From NCBI RefSeq assembly GCF_036365525.1, contig NC_090381.1, positions 88,281,257 through 88,345,256 on the forward strand: 64,000 nt of DNA, in the 5' to 3' direction. Below are positions 39,489 through 53,015 of the stretch, in pieces (positions within the stretch are counted from its first letter, which is position 1; each line of letters begins with the position of its first letter). A model generated the notes under the pieces. It did not search any database, had not been told where the DNA came from, and saw nothing but the letters and a program-made list of their open reading frames with translations. Source of the stretch: Heterodontus francisci. Its lineage: Eukaryota. Made by a program: the position numbers and the translations under genes.

Positions 39489-40787
39489 TTTGAGTTAATT
39501 AAGGATAATCAGCATGGATTTGTAAAAGGCAGATCATGCTTGACTAATCTAATTGAATTTTTTGATGAAGTAACAGGGAAGGTTGATGGAATGCAGTGGA
39601 TTTTGTTTATATGGATTTGAAGAAAGTGTTTGATAAGGTGCCACATAAATGGCTGGTTAAGAAAATTGACGCTCCTGGCATAGGAGGGTCAGTGTCCAAC
39701 TGGATAAAAAAAAATTGGCTGAAGGACAGAAAACAACGAGTCATAGTAAATAGTTGCTTTTCAGACTGGAGGATGGTGGACAGTGGTGTTCCCCATGGGT
39801 CAGTGCAGGGACCACTGCTTTTTTGCTATATATATGAATGACTTGGATCTTGGAATACAGAGTAGAATCTCAAAATTTGCTGATGACACCAAAATTGGAG
39901 GTATGGCAAACAGTGAGGATGATATGAACAGCCTGCAAAAGGACATAGAGAGGCTAGCAGAATGGGCAGAGAGGTGGCAGATGGAATTTAATACTGACAA
40001 GTGTGAGGTGATGTATTTTGGCAGAACAAATAGGGAGAGGCAATATATACTTAATGGCACAGTTCTAAAGAGTGTGCAGGAACAGAGGGACCTGGAGGTG
40101 CATGCACACAGATCTTTGAAGGTGGCAGGGTATATTGAGAGAGTGGTTAGTAAAGCATGTGGGATCTTGGGCTTCATAAATAGAGACACTGAGTACAAAA
40201 GAAGGGAAATTATGCTGAATCTTTATAAAGCTCTGGTTAGACCCCAGCTGGAGTATTGCATCCAGTTTGGTCACCACACTTCAGGAAGGATGTGAGGGTC
40301 CTTGAGAGGGTGCAGAGGAAATTTGCCAGAATGGTTCCAGGGATGGAGGATTTTAGTTATAAGTTTAGGTTGGAAGAGCTGGGTTTGTTCTTGTAAGAAC
40401 AAGGGAAATTGAGGGGAGATTTAATAGAAGTGTATAAGATTATGACAGGCTTAGATAAGTTAGACAAGGAAAAATTGTTCCCATTAACAAATGGTACAAG
40501 GACTAGGGGACACAGATTGAAAGTTTTGGGCAAGAGATGCAGGGGGAATATGAGGAAGCACTTTTTTTTACGGTGCAGGTCGTTGACCTGGAACTTGCTG
40601 ACCACAGGGTGGTAAAAGCAGAGACGATCAATGACTTTGAAAGAAATTTGGATGGCCACCAGAGAGAAATACACTTGCAGGGCTACGGGGATCGAGCCGG
40701 GAGTGGGAATGACGGCATTAGCTCTGTGGAGAGCCAGCATGGACTTGATGGGCTGAATGGCCTCCTTCTGTGCCGTAAATGACTCTG
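39489..40787 (+). mobile_element. CR1 3' fragment nested in Tx1
   Basis: QHGF, FDKVPH, FADDTK and RPQLEYC motifs; CR1 tail. Tx1 APE sequence resumes after 40787. Confidence 0.9.
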
Positions 40788-43700
40788 TGATGGGTTCGGC
40801 TGTTCCAGGATTGACTTCCTGTTTGTGTCCCGAGCGTTCATGTTCAGATCCACTGATGTCAAACCGATGTTATTCTCTGACCACTGCCTCCTACTGGCTG
40901 ACTGTCACTTACACGACTTGAGAGTTGGCAGGGGGACATGGAAGCTGAATATGAAACTGTTGACCCCAGAGAACATTGAGGAACTCAAAAGGGATTACAA
41001 AGGTTGGAGAACCATGAAACCCTTTTTTGAGTCCCAGACCGACTGATGGGAGCAATCAAGATGAACATCAAGAGGTTCTTCATCCTCACAGGGGTTCAAA
41101 GGAGAGAGAGACAGAAGGAAATGTCCCCACTCCAGAAAAGCATTGCAGAATCTGCTCTCCTTGCAGTCAACGGGGGTCTAGGTCAAGGAGGATCTCCAAG
41201 AGGTGAAGAACATCTTCCAATCCAGAGTCCACTCCATGGAGTAGGATGAGACCCGCTCATGCTTCTTCCTCAAAAAAGGTAAAGAGAGAGAGCTCTGTGA
41301 TCAGCAACCTGAAAGAAGAGGATTTGCTTGGTAACATCATCACAGTCAGACATACGAAGGATCAGCAAATCCTTTTATGCTGGGCTGTACGATGTGAAGC
41401 CCACAGCCAGCATGGCCTCCCAGTCCTTCCTGTCTTCTGTCATAGATGTCTTAGTACGCAGGAGAGTTTGGACAAATGGCGAGCTCTAGATGAGCTAACA
41501 AAGGCCGTCAGGTCCTTCGAGACGAATAAAACTGCTGGAAGCGACGGCTTACCAGTTGAGCTGTATTCGACTTTCTGGGACTGGATCGGCCCAGACCTGC
41601 TGGAAGTGTACGAGAGTATGCTTCTGGCCTGCCGCATGTCAGAATCCATGAGAAAGGGCATCATCACCCTCATCTACAAGTGGAAGGGGGAGAGGGCGGA
41701 AATCAGAAATTGGTGGCCCATTTCACTGCTTACTGTGGACTACAAGATTCTGTCCAAAGTCATCGCCAGTTGTATCAAGTCTGCTTTGGATTTGGTGATT
41801 CACCCTGATCAGACCTGCATTGTACCAGGCAGGAAGATCTCTGATAGCCTCACGCTACTCAGGGATACAATCCCCTATGTATGGGACAGGGGGGTGGACA
41901 CCTGCCTCATCAGCTTGGACCAGGAGAAGGCCTTTGACAGGATATCGCACACTGACATGATGGATGTGCTCTCCAAAATGGGGTTTGGGGAGGGAATTCA
42001 CAATTGGATCCAAATGCTCAACACAAACATCAGCAGCGCAGTCTCAAACAATGGGTGGGAATCAGAAAATTTTCCGATCAAATCTGGAGTCAGGCAGGGC
42101 TGTCCTTTCTACTCTGTCTTGTTTGTTGCTGCATCAAACATTTTGCTGAGTCCATCAGGAAGGATATGGGAATAAGAGTGGTGACAATCCCAGGCAACAG
42201 AGGCACTCAGGTCCCTGTACACGGATGATGTCACCATCTTCTGCTCGGATCCACTGTCAGTTTGTAGACTGATGAGTATCTACGACCAGTTTGAACTGGC
42301 CTCATAAACCAAAACCAAAGTAAATCATGGCAAGAGCAAGGCCATGTTCTTTGGGAAGTGGGCCAATCAATCCTTTGTCCTTGTTACCGTCAGATCAGAA
42401 TACCTGTATCTCTGAAAAAAAAAATACCTGAAGGTGCTGGGGATATGGCTTGGAGGGGCCAGGCATGCGCCAAAAACTGGAAGGAGCGAGCAGCCATGGT
42501 GAAACGGAAACTGGTCATGTGGGAATGGCGCTCCCTCCCCATTACGGGTAAGAACCTGGTCATCAGGTGTGAGGTGCTCTCGGTGATGCCATACGTGGTG
42601 CCATTCCTGCGCCATTGCGGTAACCTGAGCCATCTTCTGCTTTATCTGGAGATGGAAAGTGGACCGTATCCGCAGGGTCATGATGTTCAAACCTCGAGGT
42701 AAAGGGGGAAAATACGTATTCAACGTCATCCTCATCCTGATGGCTTCCTTTGTCTGTGGCTGCATCAAGCTGTGCATAGACCCCAGTACGCAAACACGAA
42801 GTGTCATTACTTGCTGAGGTTCTATCTGTCCCCGGTGTGGTGAAGGATGGGTCTGGCCATGTTGCCATGGAATGCTCCATTCAGTTGGATCATGCCGCAT
42901 CACCTGTCCCTCGTGGAAAAGTTCATGCAAAGAAACACCTTTGACCACAAGTCCATCAGGCAGTGATCTGCATGTAACATCCTTGAGGCCCTGCGGGAAA
43001 AGGAGATGGTAGATCGTGTTGGACGGTTCCCCGAGCAAACTGTCAAACTCATTTGGCAGAATGCCTCATCGCCAGAACTTTCAAACACGCACCAAGACTT
43101 GGCTAGTGGTGAGAAGGGCCTTTCCTGTCCTTCCTGCATGCCTGAAGTCTCACCACCTCTGCACACTACCCTTGAGGCGGCTGCAGTGGGGAAGAGACCA
43201 TCGTCCACCTCCTTCTGGAATGTGCCTTTGCAAAGCAGGTCTGGAAAGAGATGCAGTGATTTTTATCAAGGTTCATCCTGAGCAGCTCTGTAACACAGTG
43301 GGCAGTTCCCAGGGATGCACACTGAGATAAACATCAACAGCTGCTGAAGGACCATCAACCTGGTGAAAGGTGCACTTTGGTCTGCCTGAAACTTGCTGGT
43401 CTTCCAGTGCAAAGAGCAGTCGACGACCGAGTGTTGCAGAGTGGCACATTCCAAGGTCCAGGACTAAGTGCTGAGGGTGCACTAAAGCTTGGGGCAGCTG
43501 CTGCAAAGGCTCAATGGGGAAAGGCTGCTGTGTAATGTCCTCCAGCCATAGTATACCGAGGGTCTGGAACCTGTATAAAACCCCTCGGGCTGTGAACACC
43601 AGAGAATGTTTTTGGTAGGCAGTGCAAATGTAGTGTAAATACAATTTGGAATGGCAAGAGTAGTGAGGCACCTCGTACTGTATTGAAAGAATATTGTATT

Positions 43701-44139
43701 GATATTTTATCAACTGTATTGATCTTTGTTGCACTTTATGAAATGTCCAATTTGAATTGTTTTTACAAATTTTTTTGAATAAAGTGTATTTTTGGGGAAA
43801 AAAACAGGGGTGCACAAGAGACCAGAATTAGAGGAGAGCAGATATCTTGGAGGGTTGTGGGGCTGGAAGAGATTTCAGAGATAGGGAGGGGCGAGGCCAT
43901 GAAGGGATTTGGAAACAAAGATGAGAATTTTAAAATAAAGATGTTGCTTGACCAGGAGCCAATGTAGGCCAGCGAGCACAGGGGTGACAGGGGAACGGGA
44001 CTTGGTGCGAGTTAAGACATGGGCACATGGGCAGCAGAGTTTTGGATGAGCTCAAGTGTACGGACAATAGAATGTGGGAGACCAGCCAGGAGTGCGTAGG
44101 AATAGTTAAGTCTAGAGGTAATAAAGGCATGAATGAAAT

Positions 44140-44880
44140 AGGAGCAAAATACTGGAACTCTGAAATGAGAACAGAAAGTGCTGGAAATATTCAGCAGGTC
44201 TGGTAGCATCTGTGTAGAGAGAAGCAGAGTTAATGTTTCAGGTCTGTGACCCTTCATCAGAACTGGCAAAAGTTAGAAATGTAACAGTATTTGAGCAAGT
44301 ATAAGGGGGAAGGGGGGAAGAAGGACAAGAAAGAAGGACTGTGAAAGGATGGAGAGGGGAGAGATTAAATGACAGAGATGTCATGGAGCATAATGCAAAT
44401 GGAGTTCTAAATAGTTGTAGCAAAAGACAAAGAGTCCAGAGAGTGTACTAATGGCAGAATAATGAACAGCTCTGAATGAAAGCAAAAACATGAAAAATAA
44501 GTTTAAGACTAGCACATGGTTAAAAAATAAATAATTAAAAAAGAAGAAAATATATATAAAAAAATAATAATTAAAAACATAAAAATAATAAATACATGAA
44601 AAATAATGGGGCTCATGGTCTGAAATTATTAAACTCAATAAACTCAATTATCAACCCAGAAGGTCGTAGAGTGCCTAATCGGAAGATGAGGTGCTGTTCC
44701 TCGAGCTTGCATTGATGTTCACTGGAATATCGCAGTAGGCCGAGGACAGAAATGTGGGCATGAGAAAAAGGTGGTGAATTAAAATGGCAAGCAACTGGAA
44801 GCTTGGTATCATTCTTGTGGACTAAGCGGAGGTGTTCTGCAAAGACGGTCACCCAATCTGAGTTTGGTCTCCACAATGTT
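44140..44880 (-). mobile_element. Penelope-like 3' fragment with pLTR
   Basis: FAEHLRLV...PVACHFNS...CKLEEQHLIFRLGTLRPSGL is the GIY-YIG C-terminus. The pLTR is similar to 13195-13600. Confidence 0.85.
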
Positions 44881-45418
44881 CTTTGCTCCAAGGAGAACAG
44901 CCCCAGCTTCTCCAACCTAACCTTGTCGCTAAAATCCCTACTCCTGAAACCATTCTGGTAAATCTCCTCTGCACCCTCCCAAGGACTCTCACATCCTTCA
45001 TAAAGTGTAACGACCAGAACTGGACATAATACTCTAGGTGTGGCCTAAACAGAGCTTTATAAAATTTCAGCATAACTTCCCTGTTCTGTACTCTGTGCTT
45101 CTATTTATAAAGCTTACAATCCCATATGCTTTGCTAACTACTCTCTCAATATGTCCTGCCACCTTAAAAGATCTATGCACATGAACCCCCAAGTCCCTCT
45201 GTCCCTGCACATGCTTTAGAACTGTGCCATTAAGTTTATATTGCCTCTCCCTATCCCTTCTGCCAAAATGCATCACATCACACTTGTCCATATTAAATTC
45301 CATCTGCCACTTGTCTGCCCATTCTGCTAGCCTATCGATGTCTGGTTGCAGTCAATTTGTATCATCCTCACTGTTTGAGACACCTCCAAGTTTGGTACCA
45401 TCGGCAAATTTTGAAATT
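44881..45418 (-). mobile_element. CR1 RT fragment
   Basis: Minus-strand KFADGTK, MEFNMDKC and RPHLEYYVQFW motifs. Confidence 0.88.
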
Positions 45419-47149
45419 TATATACTCAATGTTTTCTAATTTCAGTAATAGCTATTTTTGCATAAGGATATCCCTGACCCCTTCCTCCATTCCTCTGTTA
45501 TCTTAAACTCAGCTGCCATCTTCTCAACGTAGAACATCAATTTACAGGCATTTCAAATCTCAAACTCAGCTTACATTTGTGAAGTTATCAAACTTTTCCT
45601 GCTCTATGTGGTAGCTTGTGGGATGGTAGAGGTTGCACTCATACCCTCTGCTACCTCTTTCCATATAGTCTGGAACATCCTCTCATGATACTTCCTGCCT
45701 CAGTTTCCAGGATACCCTCTCTCTTCACTCTAATTTCTACCAGGACAGCCAGCAAAGCATCTTAAATCTGGAAGCCCTTCCTGCTGCTGATCTGTCCTCT
45801 CAATGCTCCTTACGCACTGCTGTACTGCTCTGCTGCTCCCTGCCAAAGAACATATGCTGCCTTTAATCAGCTGAAACCTTCCAAATGTTGCAGCACCACT
45901 GAAATTCCCTCCCTTCCTATAGCAGTAAATCAATAAGAAATGGCTTTACTACTGTAAACCTGCCCTGCGTAACTGATGAGAGCTAGTCCAGGAAACTTGA
46001 GTGGACAGCTGCAAGACCCACCCCACTGCTAACCGGCCAATGGGAGAAGAACCCAGCCACGTACAAATCTCCTTCTGCTTGCACGAGAATGAGGAACAGA
46101 GTCTGCAGGGTACAATACAGATCCAAAAGAGGGGCCTTTGATAGTTGGTCACTACGATGTATAAGTATTACACAATGTCTAAATCTATGGGGAAAAGACA
46201 GTAGTGAGTGTTCTTAATTGAAATCCACAATTAAAACTGCATAGAACTTGAGAGATCATTTTCACTTTCAGCTTCAGTGGTGGAACATTAATTGTAATTT
46301 TCTTCTCCATTGACTTCAAAGTAAAGAAAAACCAGGCAGCTGCATTTCAGGTACCAAACCACGCTATCAGTTTTCCACAAGTGCTGAAAGTGAACATCAG
46401 CCCCGTTGTATGACAGCTGCAGAGGTCTCAACTCATGGCTGATTGCAATTCACTGTCCCAGTCACTGATTTTATCACTTTGTTGCAATTAGAGTATCGAA
46501 AATCAACATGATTCCCCTTACGGCGTCCATAAGTTTAGTTGCAAGTATTAAATAAAATGTCAGTAGATTGTTTTTACACCAAAGGGGTAATTTTCTGACT
46601 TTATGCTTACATTGATGAGGGGCCTTGCTGACCAAAAGCACCCATCAGGAATAGGCATTGCCCATGACCATCCAACCATTTAAAATTGTGGATCTGAATC
46701 CTGAATTCAGATATGTGCTTTCTCTGGGAAAAGCTCTCAACAAAACAGAACCAGTAAAATTGGAAAATTGCCTCTATATTGTACAAAACTGCATGATTCA
46801 CCCACGCAGTGAGCTCAGGAGACTGTGCTCATGAAATGAATTTAAAGACCTCAGTGACTTTTTGCATGTTCACTTCCTGCTCTTTGCCAAAGCTACATGA
46901 CAGAGAAATCTAGCAGGCCTGGTAGCAGGCAAAGCAAGAAGAGAATTTACTCTATAGGGCATTGTACACCTACTGGCAGGTGCTGCATGTGAGTCGTTGG
47001 TAAAGGCCTGGAAGAATGCCACTTAACCATTTTCTTACTTAATGATTGGTTTATAGGAGGGATATAAGAACATGGAAGACTTTTTAAAAAAATAATTATC
47101 CAGTAGCACATCAATTAATTAATTTCTTCTTTCTGCTTTCTCCCAAAAG

Positions 47150-47305
47150 CTTTATGAAGAATCCAGTGGCAGCAGAAAAGGCCACAGCCGATGAGATTCC
47201 ATGCAGTCTGAGCACCAGTGATGACAGCATGGGGAGCTGGTCACAGCTCATTAATGAAGAGGATCATGCAGAAGATAGCAGTAGTTATCTTCATCTTAGT
47301 GAAAG
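47150..47305 (+). CDS. SPHKAP: SPHKAP exon (~exon 8): ...STSDDSMGSWSQLINEEDHAEDSSSYLHLSE
   Basis: tttctcccaaaag|C acceptor is phase 2, as required. Matches recalled SSEESTGSWTQLANEEDNPDDTSSFLQLSE. The donor gtcatt is weak, so the 3' boundary is less certain. Confidence 0.85.
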
Positions 47306-48356
47306 GTCATTAAAAGAATATTACAGTTGATTCAGTGAAGCACAAGAGGCTAATGATTGCTATCTAAATTTACGACCTGGCCATTGTAGGGTTATAACAA
47401 CATGTTATGGGTCTATTCAGCCTTCCAGCTGATTAAAATTAAATTATCTTGTGTACCTTAAGCCATTAATCACAAAATGACATGTTATGCAAAGTAGTAA
47501 AAAGGGTGGTGTAACACAGAAGTGTAACAGAAGTTTGATGTCTCAGGATTGAATAGTATGACTATGAAGATTAGTACCAATACAATGATTGATAGCAATC
47601 AGATGTAAATATTCTACATGCTGATGTCCCACCATAGTCTAAGCTGCCATTTACGTACTTAAAATATTATACAACCTACATGCATGTGTTCTTTAATGAA
47701 AATGTTCTTGTGAAGGATTAAAGCCAACAACCAGTTTCTTCAATGGGATGCATATGTAGAAACTCATATCTCCAAAACAGCAACATATAATATCACCAGG
47801 ATAATATGCATCAGAGCTTTAGAATTACCAACTAGAGGACTAGTATGTAGTAACTGGTACAAGCTGTTAAAACTGCATTCATGAATCAAATACATATATT
47901 GTAGTAAAAAGTACATACAGCAGAGAACACCTTGAGTTCTCACTGCTTGTAGTGATCATGTGGATTTGATGTTTAAACTGGGCTTTCCAAAACCCATTTA
48001 CCAGCAGTTGTACCGGTCAGTTCAAATGAATTAGTTTTCTATAGGAATCCCCATTGTTTCTCACATTCTGATTTGGTTCCCACCTCATTGCTCTTCAGAC
48101 TGTTGTGCTATAAAATGTGTTTTTGTTTTGTCCCATTTATTGCTCCTAACCCAAAATTAGCATTCTGAGCAATGTTTTGCTTAGGGTGACAATTTGGACT
48201 GAGAGCAATGAATGGAATAAGATAAAAGTACCAATATTCACTTTACGGCACTATCATTCAGTGCAGTATATCATGGTGCAGCAACTGCATAATGCATGGG
48301 AGGGAGAGGTGGTGCAGCATATGGGCAAGAATGGCTGAGCAGTGCAACAGGGATAA

Positions 48357-49393
48357 TAGCCAGGATTTTATTCTGGCGATGAGGGTCTCGACGACCGGAA
48401 AAGGTGGCGCCAAGATCTCTGCACTGCCTCTTCTCCGGAAGGCCCACTGAATCTAGTGCCAATCAGGCACTTCAGTGTACAGTAGTGGGCTTTCCACAGG
48501 ATCAAGGATACACTCGCCAGAAGTTCTATCGTTAGAGAGCTGCCAACCAATCAGAGGCCGGCAGCAGCGATGGCTGCTGCTGGAGAAGCACCTAGTGGTG
48601 ACCAAGTAGCATTGTTGGACCCAGGCCACATGTAGGTCAGGGCGGGAGGGGTCTTGCAGGGTGAGAGGTTGTGGGAAAGGGGGTTTGTAGGTGATCGGTA
48701 GCAAGGGCTCTCAGCGGGCCCCCCCCCCTTCCCGATGCCGGCTCCCTCATTCAGCAACTAAGTGCCTTTTAACGAAGGCCACGGAGGTGGGCAGCCAATT
48801 AATGCAATTAAGGTCCCACTTAGGGGCCATTTTGTGCTTGCTCCTTACTGGTGTGGGAGCAGCTCTGCACCGTGTGCTGAGACTGCCAGTTCAATCAAGG
48901 CAGCTTCCTGGTGTAAGGTCAGGGGCCATCTGAGCCAGAGGCTCTGCCCCAATGATAGGGCCATGGGGATGAAAAGCTGCAGCTCCCCACATCCATGAAG
49001 AGGCCTGCAGAGGGGTTCAACAGTTCTTTTTAAGGGTTTCCCTTCCAACCAGATGGTCCTACCAGCTTCAGGCCACTTTAGTTTATAACTTCAATGTAGG
49101 CAACCAAGAACACCTCCTTGTTTAGTTACCCTCGTACTCGCCTGCCTTATTTGGCTGCACACACCTCGCCTGGTGGGGCTGCCGGCCTGACATTGCTGCA
49201 GGCCTTCTAATTGGGCCTGCAGCATTGGGAACCTGCCTGCCATCTTTAATAGGATGGCCATTGTGGAGGCAGCGAATTAGGATGCCGCATCCGGGAAGGT
49301 TGTGCCAGCAGGCGCACTGATGATATGGGCGGGCTTGGGAGCCCCATATGGGCCAACATCGGGGTCTTGACACCTGGTGGAAAATCCAGCCCA
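48357..49393. mobile_element. GC-rich MITE-like element
   Basis: Termini gccaggatttt ... aaaatccagccc. Internal blocks shared with 53613-54179. Confidence 0.6.
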
Positions 49394-49394
49394 A

Positions 49395-49840
49395 GGTGTC
49401 AACTGTGATTCAGATAGTACTCTTGGCTCTGAGTCAGAAGGTTGTGAATTCAAGTCCTACTCAAGAGATATAATCTAGGCTGACATTTTAGCATAGTATT
49501 GAGGCAGCACTACAATGATGAAGTTGTCTTTTGGATGAGATGTTAAACCGAGGTCCCATCTGCCCTCTCAGCTGGACGTAAAATATCCCATGGCACTTCT
49601 CAACGAAGGGCAGTGAGTTCTCCCAGTGTCCTGGCCAACACTTATCCTTTAATAAACACATAAAACAAGTTACCTGATCATTATCATGTTGCTAGTTGTG
49701 GGACCTTGCTGTGCAAAAAATTGACTTATGCATTTCCTACATTGCAACGGTGATTATGTTTCAAATCTGCTTACTTGGCTGTGAGGCACTTTTGGACGTG
49801 CTGAGGTCATGAAAGGCACTATATAACTGCAAGTTCTTTC
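49395..49840 (+). mobile_element. DeuSINE (SacSINE1-like)
   Basis: tRNA head, Deu domain ggatgagatgttaaaccgaggtcccatctgccctctcag...cccatggcac, and L2 tail aaaggcactatataactgcaag. Confidence 0.85.
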
Positions 49841-50892
49841 TATCCTAAAATGGCAATCAGGGTCCTATGTACATCATAGAATATCAATTTACATATTAAA
49901 AGGGGCCCTCTGCCTGAAACAAGCAGGCACTTCAGCCACCCAGTGGTAGGGCTGTGACAAGGTGGTATTAATAGGGCAGTATGTCTATCGGCCCCTTTTG
50001 AGGCTGTTCACACCCAGTTAGCGGTTTCAGCAAGTTAAAATCGACCCTGTGGTGTGTAGACCAATGTTACCATATAGACATTATGTGCCGTCAGTGTCAT
50101 TACTCATTAGAGCTGGATTTGGAGCTCTGTGGTACAGGTGGAAATTGCTGATGGGTTATCAAATCATATTGCACTGCACATACTGAAGGTAAAAATAGTT
50201 AATTTGCAAATCTTTATCTCATGGCCTATTTAATCATTGAGTTAGCAAACCAATTTAAACAGAAATAGAAAGCACTGAATGCAATTTTTACACTAATGTA
50301 ATTAAATTCTGAGTTTGCTACATTAAATTTGGCTGTGTTTAGGGAGCTCAGCTTCACAAAGTTGATGAATGCAAAATGTCTTAAGCTTGGGTCAGCATTT
50401 TATTTTCTATTAATGGGAGTTGGATTGGTTCATTAAAATTCAATTTAATTGCATAATTAAGTGGCTTAATTTATTGGGATGCAAAACAACAGAAGTAAAC
50501 TAAGGATTGATCCATTATAACTATAAAATAGGAATGACTGGGAATTGGTTTAATCCATTGGGATGCACTACATTAAGAGGAATTGTGTATTGATCAAATG
50601 GAATGCTATATAATGGAAGTAGATGGAAAGGCAGTTAATTCAATATGGTTCAACAACAATTTGCATTTATATTGTGCCTTTAACATCGCAAAATGTCCTA
50701 AGGTGTTCAGTACAATGATTATGAATAGGAAGTGATTTGATCCATTTGGATTGTATAATAAGGAATGAATGAGAAATAGTTTTGTCCATTGAGATAGGAT
50801 AATTCTTCCCACTAATTATACATTCTTTTGAAAGGTTATTTTAATTGTGGAGAAATATGCCTGTTTAATTTTAAATTACTTGTTTTCATCAG

Positions 50893-50979
50893 CAATGGGA
50901 ACAGCAGCACTTCAAGTAGTCTTGGCCTAGTGGATCTGGATGCCTATCAAGAAAACCTCGCAACCTCTGCTTTACCCAG
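50893..50979 (+). CDS. SPHKAP: SPHKAP exon (~exon 9, 87 nt, symmetric): NGNSSTSSSLGLVDLDAYQEN
   Basis: ttttcatcag|C...AG|gtttga, phase 2/2. Matches recalled NGNSSATSSLGIMDLDIYQE. Confidence 0.9.
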
Positions 50980-51799
50980 GTTTGATATCATAAATCATCT
51001 TCAAAAACAAGAGGGATGAAAATTATTCTTTAGTACTTCAGGATTTGTGAGTTTGAGCTCATTATCTAAGCTGACATTATAGTGCAGTAGCAAGGAAGTG
51101 ACGAACCACTAAAATTTGGTTGTTTAGGTAGAGACTAAAAACCCCATGCCGTTATTCAGAGATGAGCTTTGCCCTGGCAAGCATTATTTTCTTATTCAAT
51201 ACCACCAACAACAGATTAACTGGTCATCTCATTGCTGTTTTTGGGATGTTGATGGTTTAGCATGGCTGACGTATTTGCTTACACAGCAACACTGACCACA
51301 CTTCATCAAAATTGATGCACAAAATGCTTTGAGATATTTTGCTGTGATCAAGTGCTGTTTAAATAGAAAACTTACCAGGGGAAGCACTGGCCTCCAGATC
51401 TGTGAAGAACAAACTAGTGCTGAATAACTTCACAAAATAATATTCAATATTATAATGTTAAAAAGGATGATGTATTACATACAGAATATTAGATACAAGT
51501 CAAACAACAGTAAGCAGCACTCTATCAGAAAGAAACAAATGAATGACCTCAGGATCTACCAAAAAGTGAGTGACTTGGAAAAGAATGAAGATATGAGAAA
51601 ATAACAGTAAATTTCTGCTTAGCAGAAAATTGCATGTGATATCTTCAGCTCTATGTCACAGCCAGTTTTATCATTATTTCATTCTGCCATCACACTCAGT
51701 ACCAGTGAATACCCTCTGATGCATTGGAAGCAAATGAGATTTTTTTATATAAATCTATTCAATGTACATTTTTGTAAATGCTGATTTCAACTTGCAGCC

Positions 51800-52186
51800 C
51801 TGGTGTAAAACTTTTACTGAACTAGTAATCCAGAAAAAATGACTTCAGATCCCCCTGGCTGTTTGAGAATTTGAATTCAGTTTTTAAAAACCTGGTATCA
51901 GTAAATGTGTTCATTGAAGCTGTTGGACTGTCATTAGAAACCCAACTGGTTCACAACCATCATTTAGGGAGGAACACTTGTCATCTTTACCTGATCTGGC
52001 CTATATTTAATCCAGTTCCACATCAACATGGTTGTCTCTTAACTGCCCTGTAGCCTAGCAAGCTATTCAGTTGTATCATACCACTAATCAAGAAGAAGGC
52101 CCGCTACCACTCTCTCAGGGCAACTATGAACTAAGAATAAGTGCTAATCCTGCCAGCTACACCCACAGCCTGAGAATGAATTAAAA
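51800..52186 (+). mobile_element. Degraded tRNA-headed SINE-like copy of the 10468/34148 family
   Basis: actagtaatccag head, tttagggaggaa...ctggcctata core, aagaaggccc...cagggcaact tail. Confidence 0.65.
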
Positions 52187-52584
52187 TGGGCTGAATGGCC
52201 ACCTTCTGTGCTGTAATGACTTTACCACTCTATGACTCTAAAAGAATTACACCCGGGTGGCAAATTGAAAATCAGCCAATGTGAATCTGAGATTATAATT
52301 TACTCTCAGAGTTCTGCTGTGATTATTCAATCTGTACTTCGACTGGGAAATTCCCCAGAGCTGATTGTGTTCCGCCAACATTACTTAACCAGAAGTGTGA
52401 TGGAAACCCCTTTTACAGGGTTTTTGCAGCACTTCTGGCAAAGTAGCACAGATGAAGCAGGAGCAGCTCTGAAGAATTTCTCAGACAAAATTTCTGATAT
52501 CATCAAAATTAGTTTATGGAGTCTAAATCATGTAATTTACTGCACATAATCTAAATAGGGTACAAGATATATTTTACTTGGTAT

Positions 52585-53015
52585 ACATAGGAACAGGAGT
52601 AGGATATTCAGCCTCTTGAGCCTGTTCTGCCTATCAGTTAGATTGTGGTTTATCTGTATCTTAACTGCATCCACCCTTCATAGTCTCGCCTAACAAAAAT
52701 ATTATGAATCGCAATTTTGAAATTTTCAATTGACCTAGTCTCAACAGCTTCTTGGGGGAGAGAGTTCCAGATTTCCACTACCTTTTGTGTAAAGAAGTGC
52801 TTCCTGACATCACCCTTGAGTGGCCTAGCTCTAATTTTAAGGTAATATCCCCTTGTTCTAGACTCTCCCACCAGAGGAAATAGTTTCTATCTACCCTATC
52901 AAATTGTTTAATCGTCTTAAATACTTCACTTATATCAACCCTTAAACTTCTATATTCAAGGGAATACAAGCCTAGTTATGCAACCTGTCCCCATAATTTA
53001 CCCTTTTAGCCCTGT
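52585..53015 (-). mobile_element. CR1 3' fragment
   Basis: RKHFFTQKVVEIWNSLP on the minus strand. Confidence 0.85.

Larger units (their letters stand above)
38593..43804 (+). mobile_element. Tx1/L1-clade LINE ORF2 (APE, RT, C-terminal Cys region), decayed
   Basis: Motifs LLFLQEC, LINVY, ILGSDFNC, SDH, WKLN, GSDGLPVELY, WWPISLLTVDYKILSK, DQEKAFDRISH and GVRQGCP. AATAAA plus A-tail at 43778-43804. Exact 10-bp TSD caggggtgca at 38583-38592 and 43805-43814. Confidence 0.9.
38335..44135 (-). mobile_element. L2-type LINE 3' part (38335-38592 and 43805-44135) split by a Tx1 insertion
   Basis: L2 tail gtgctatataaatacaagttg on the minus strand. HAFITSRLNYSYALLAGLP...LELIQNSAA (ORF 44012-44269) is the L2 C-terminal motif. 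Confidence 0.8.
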
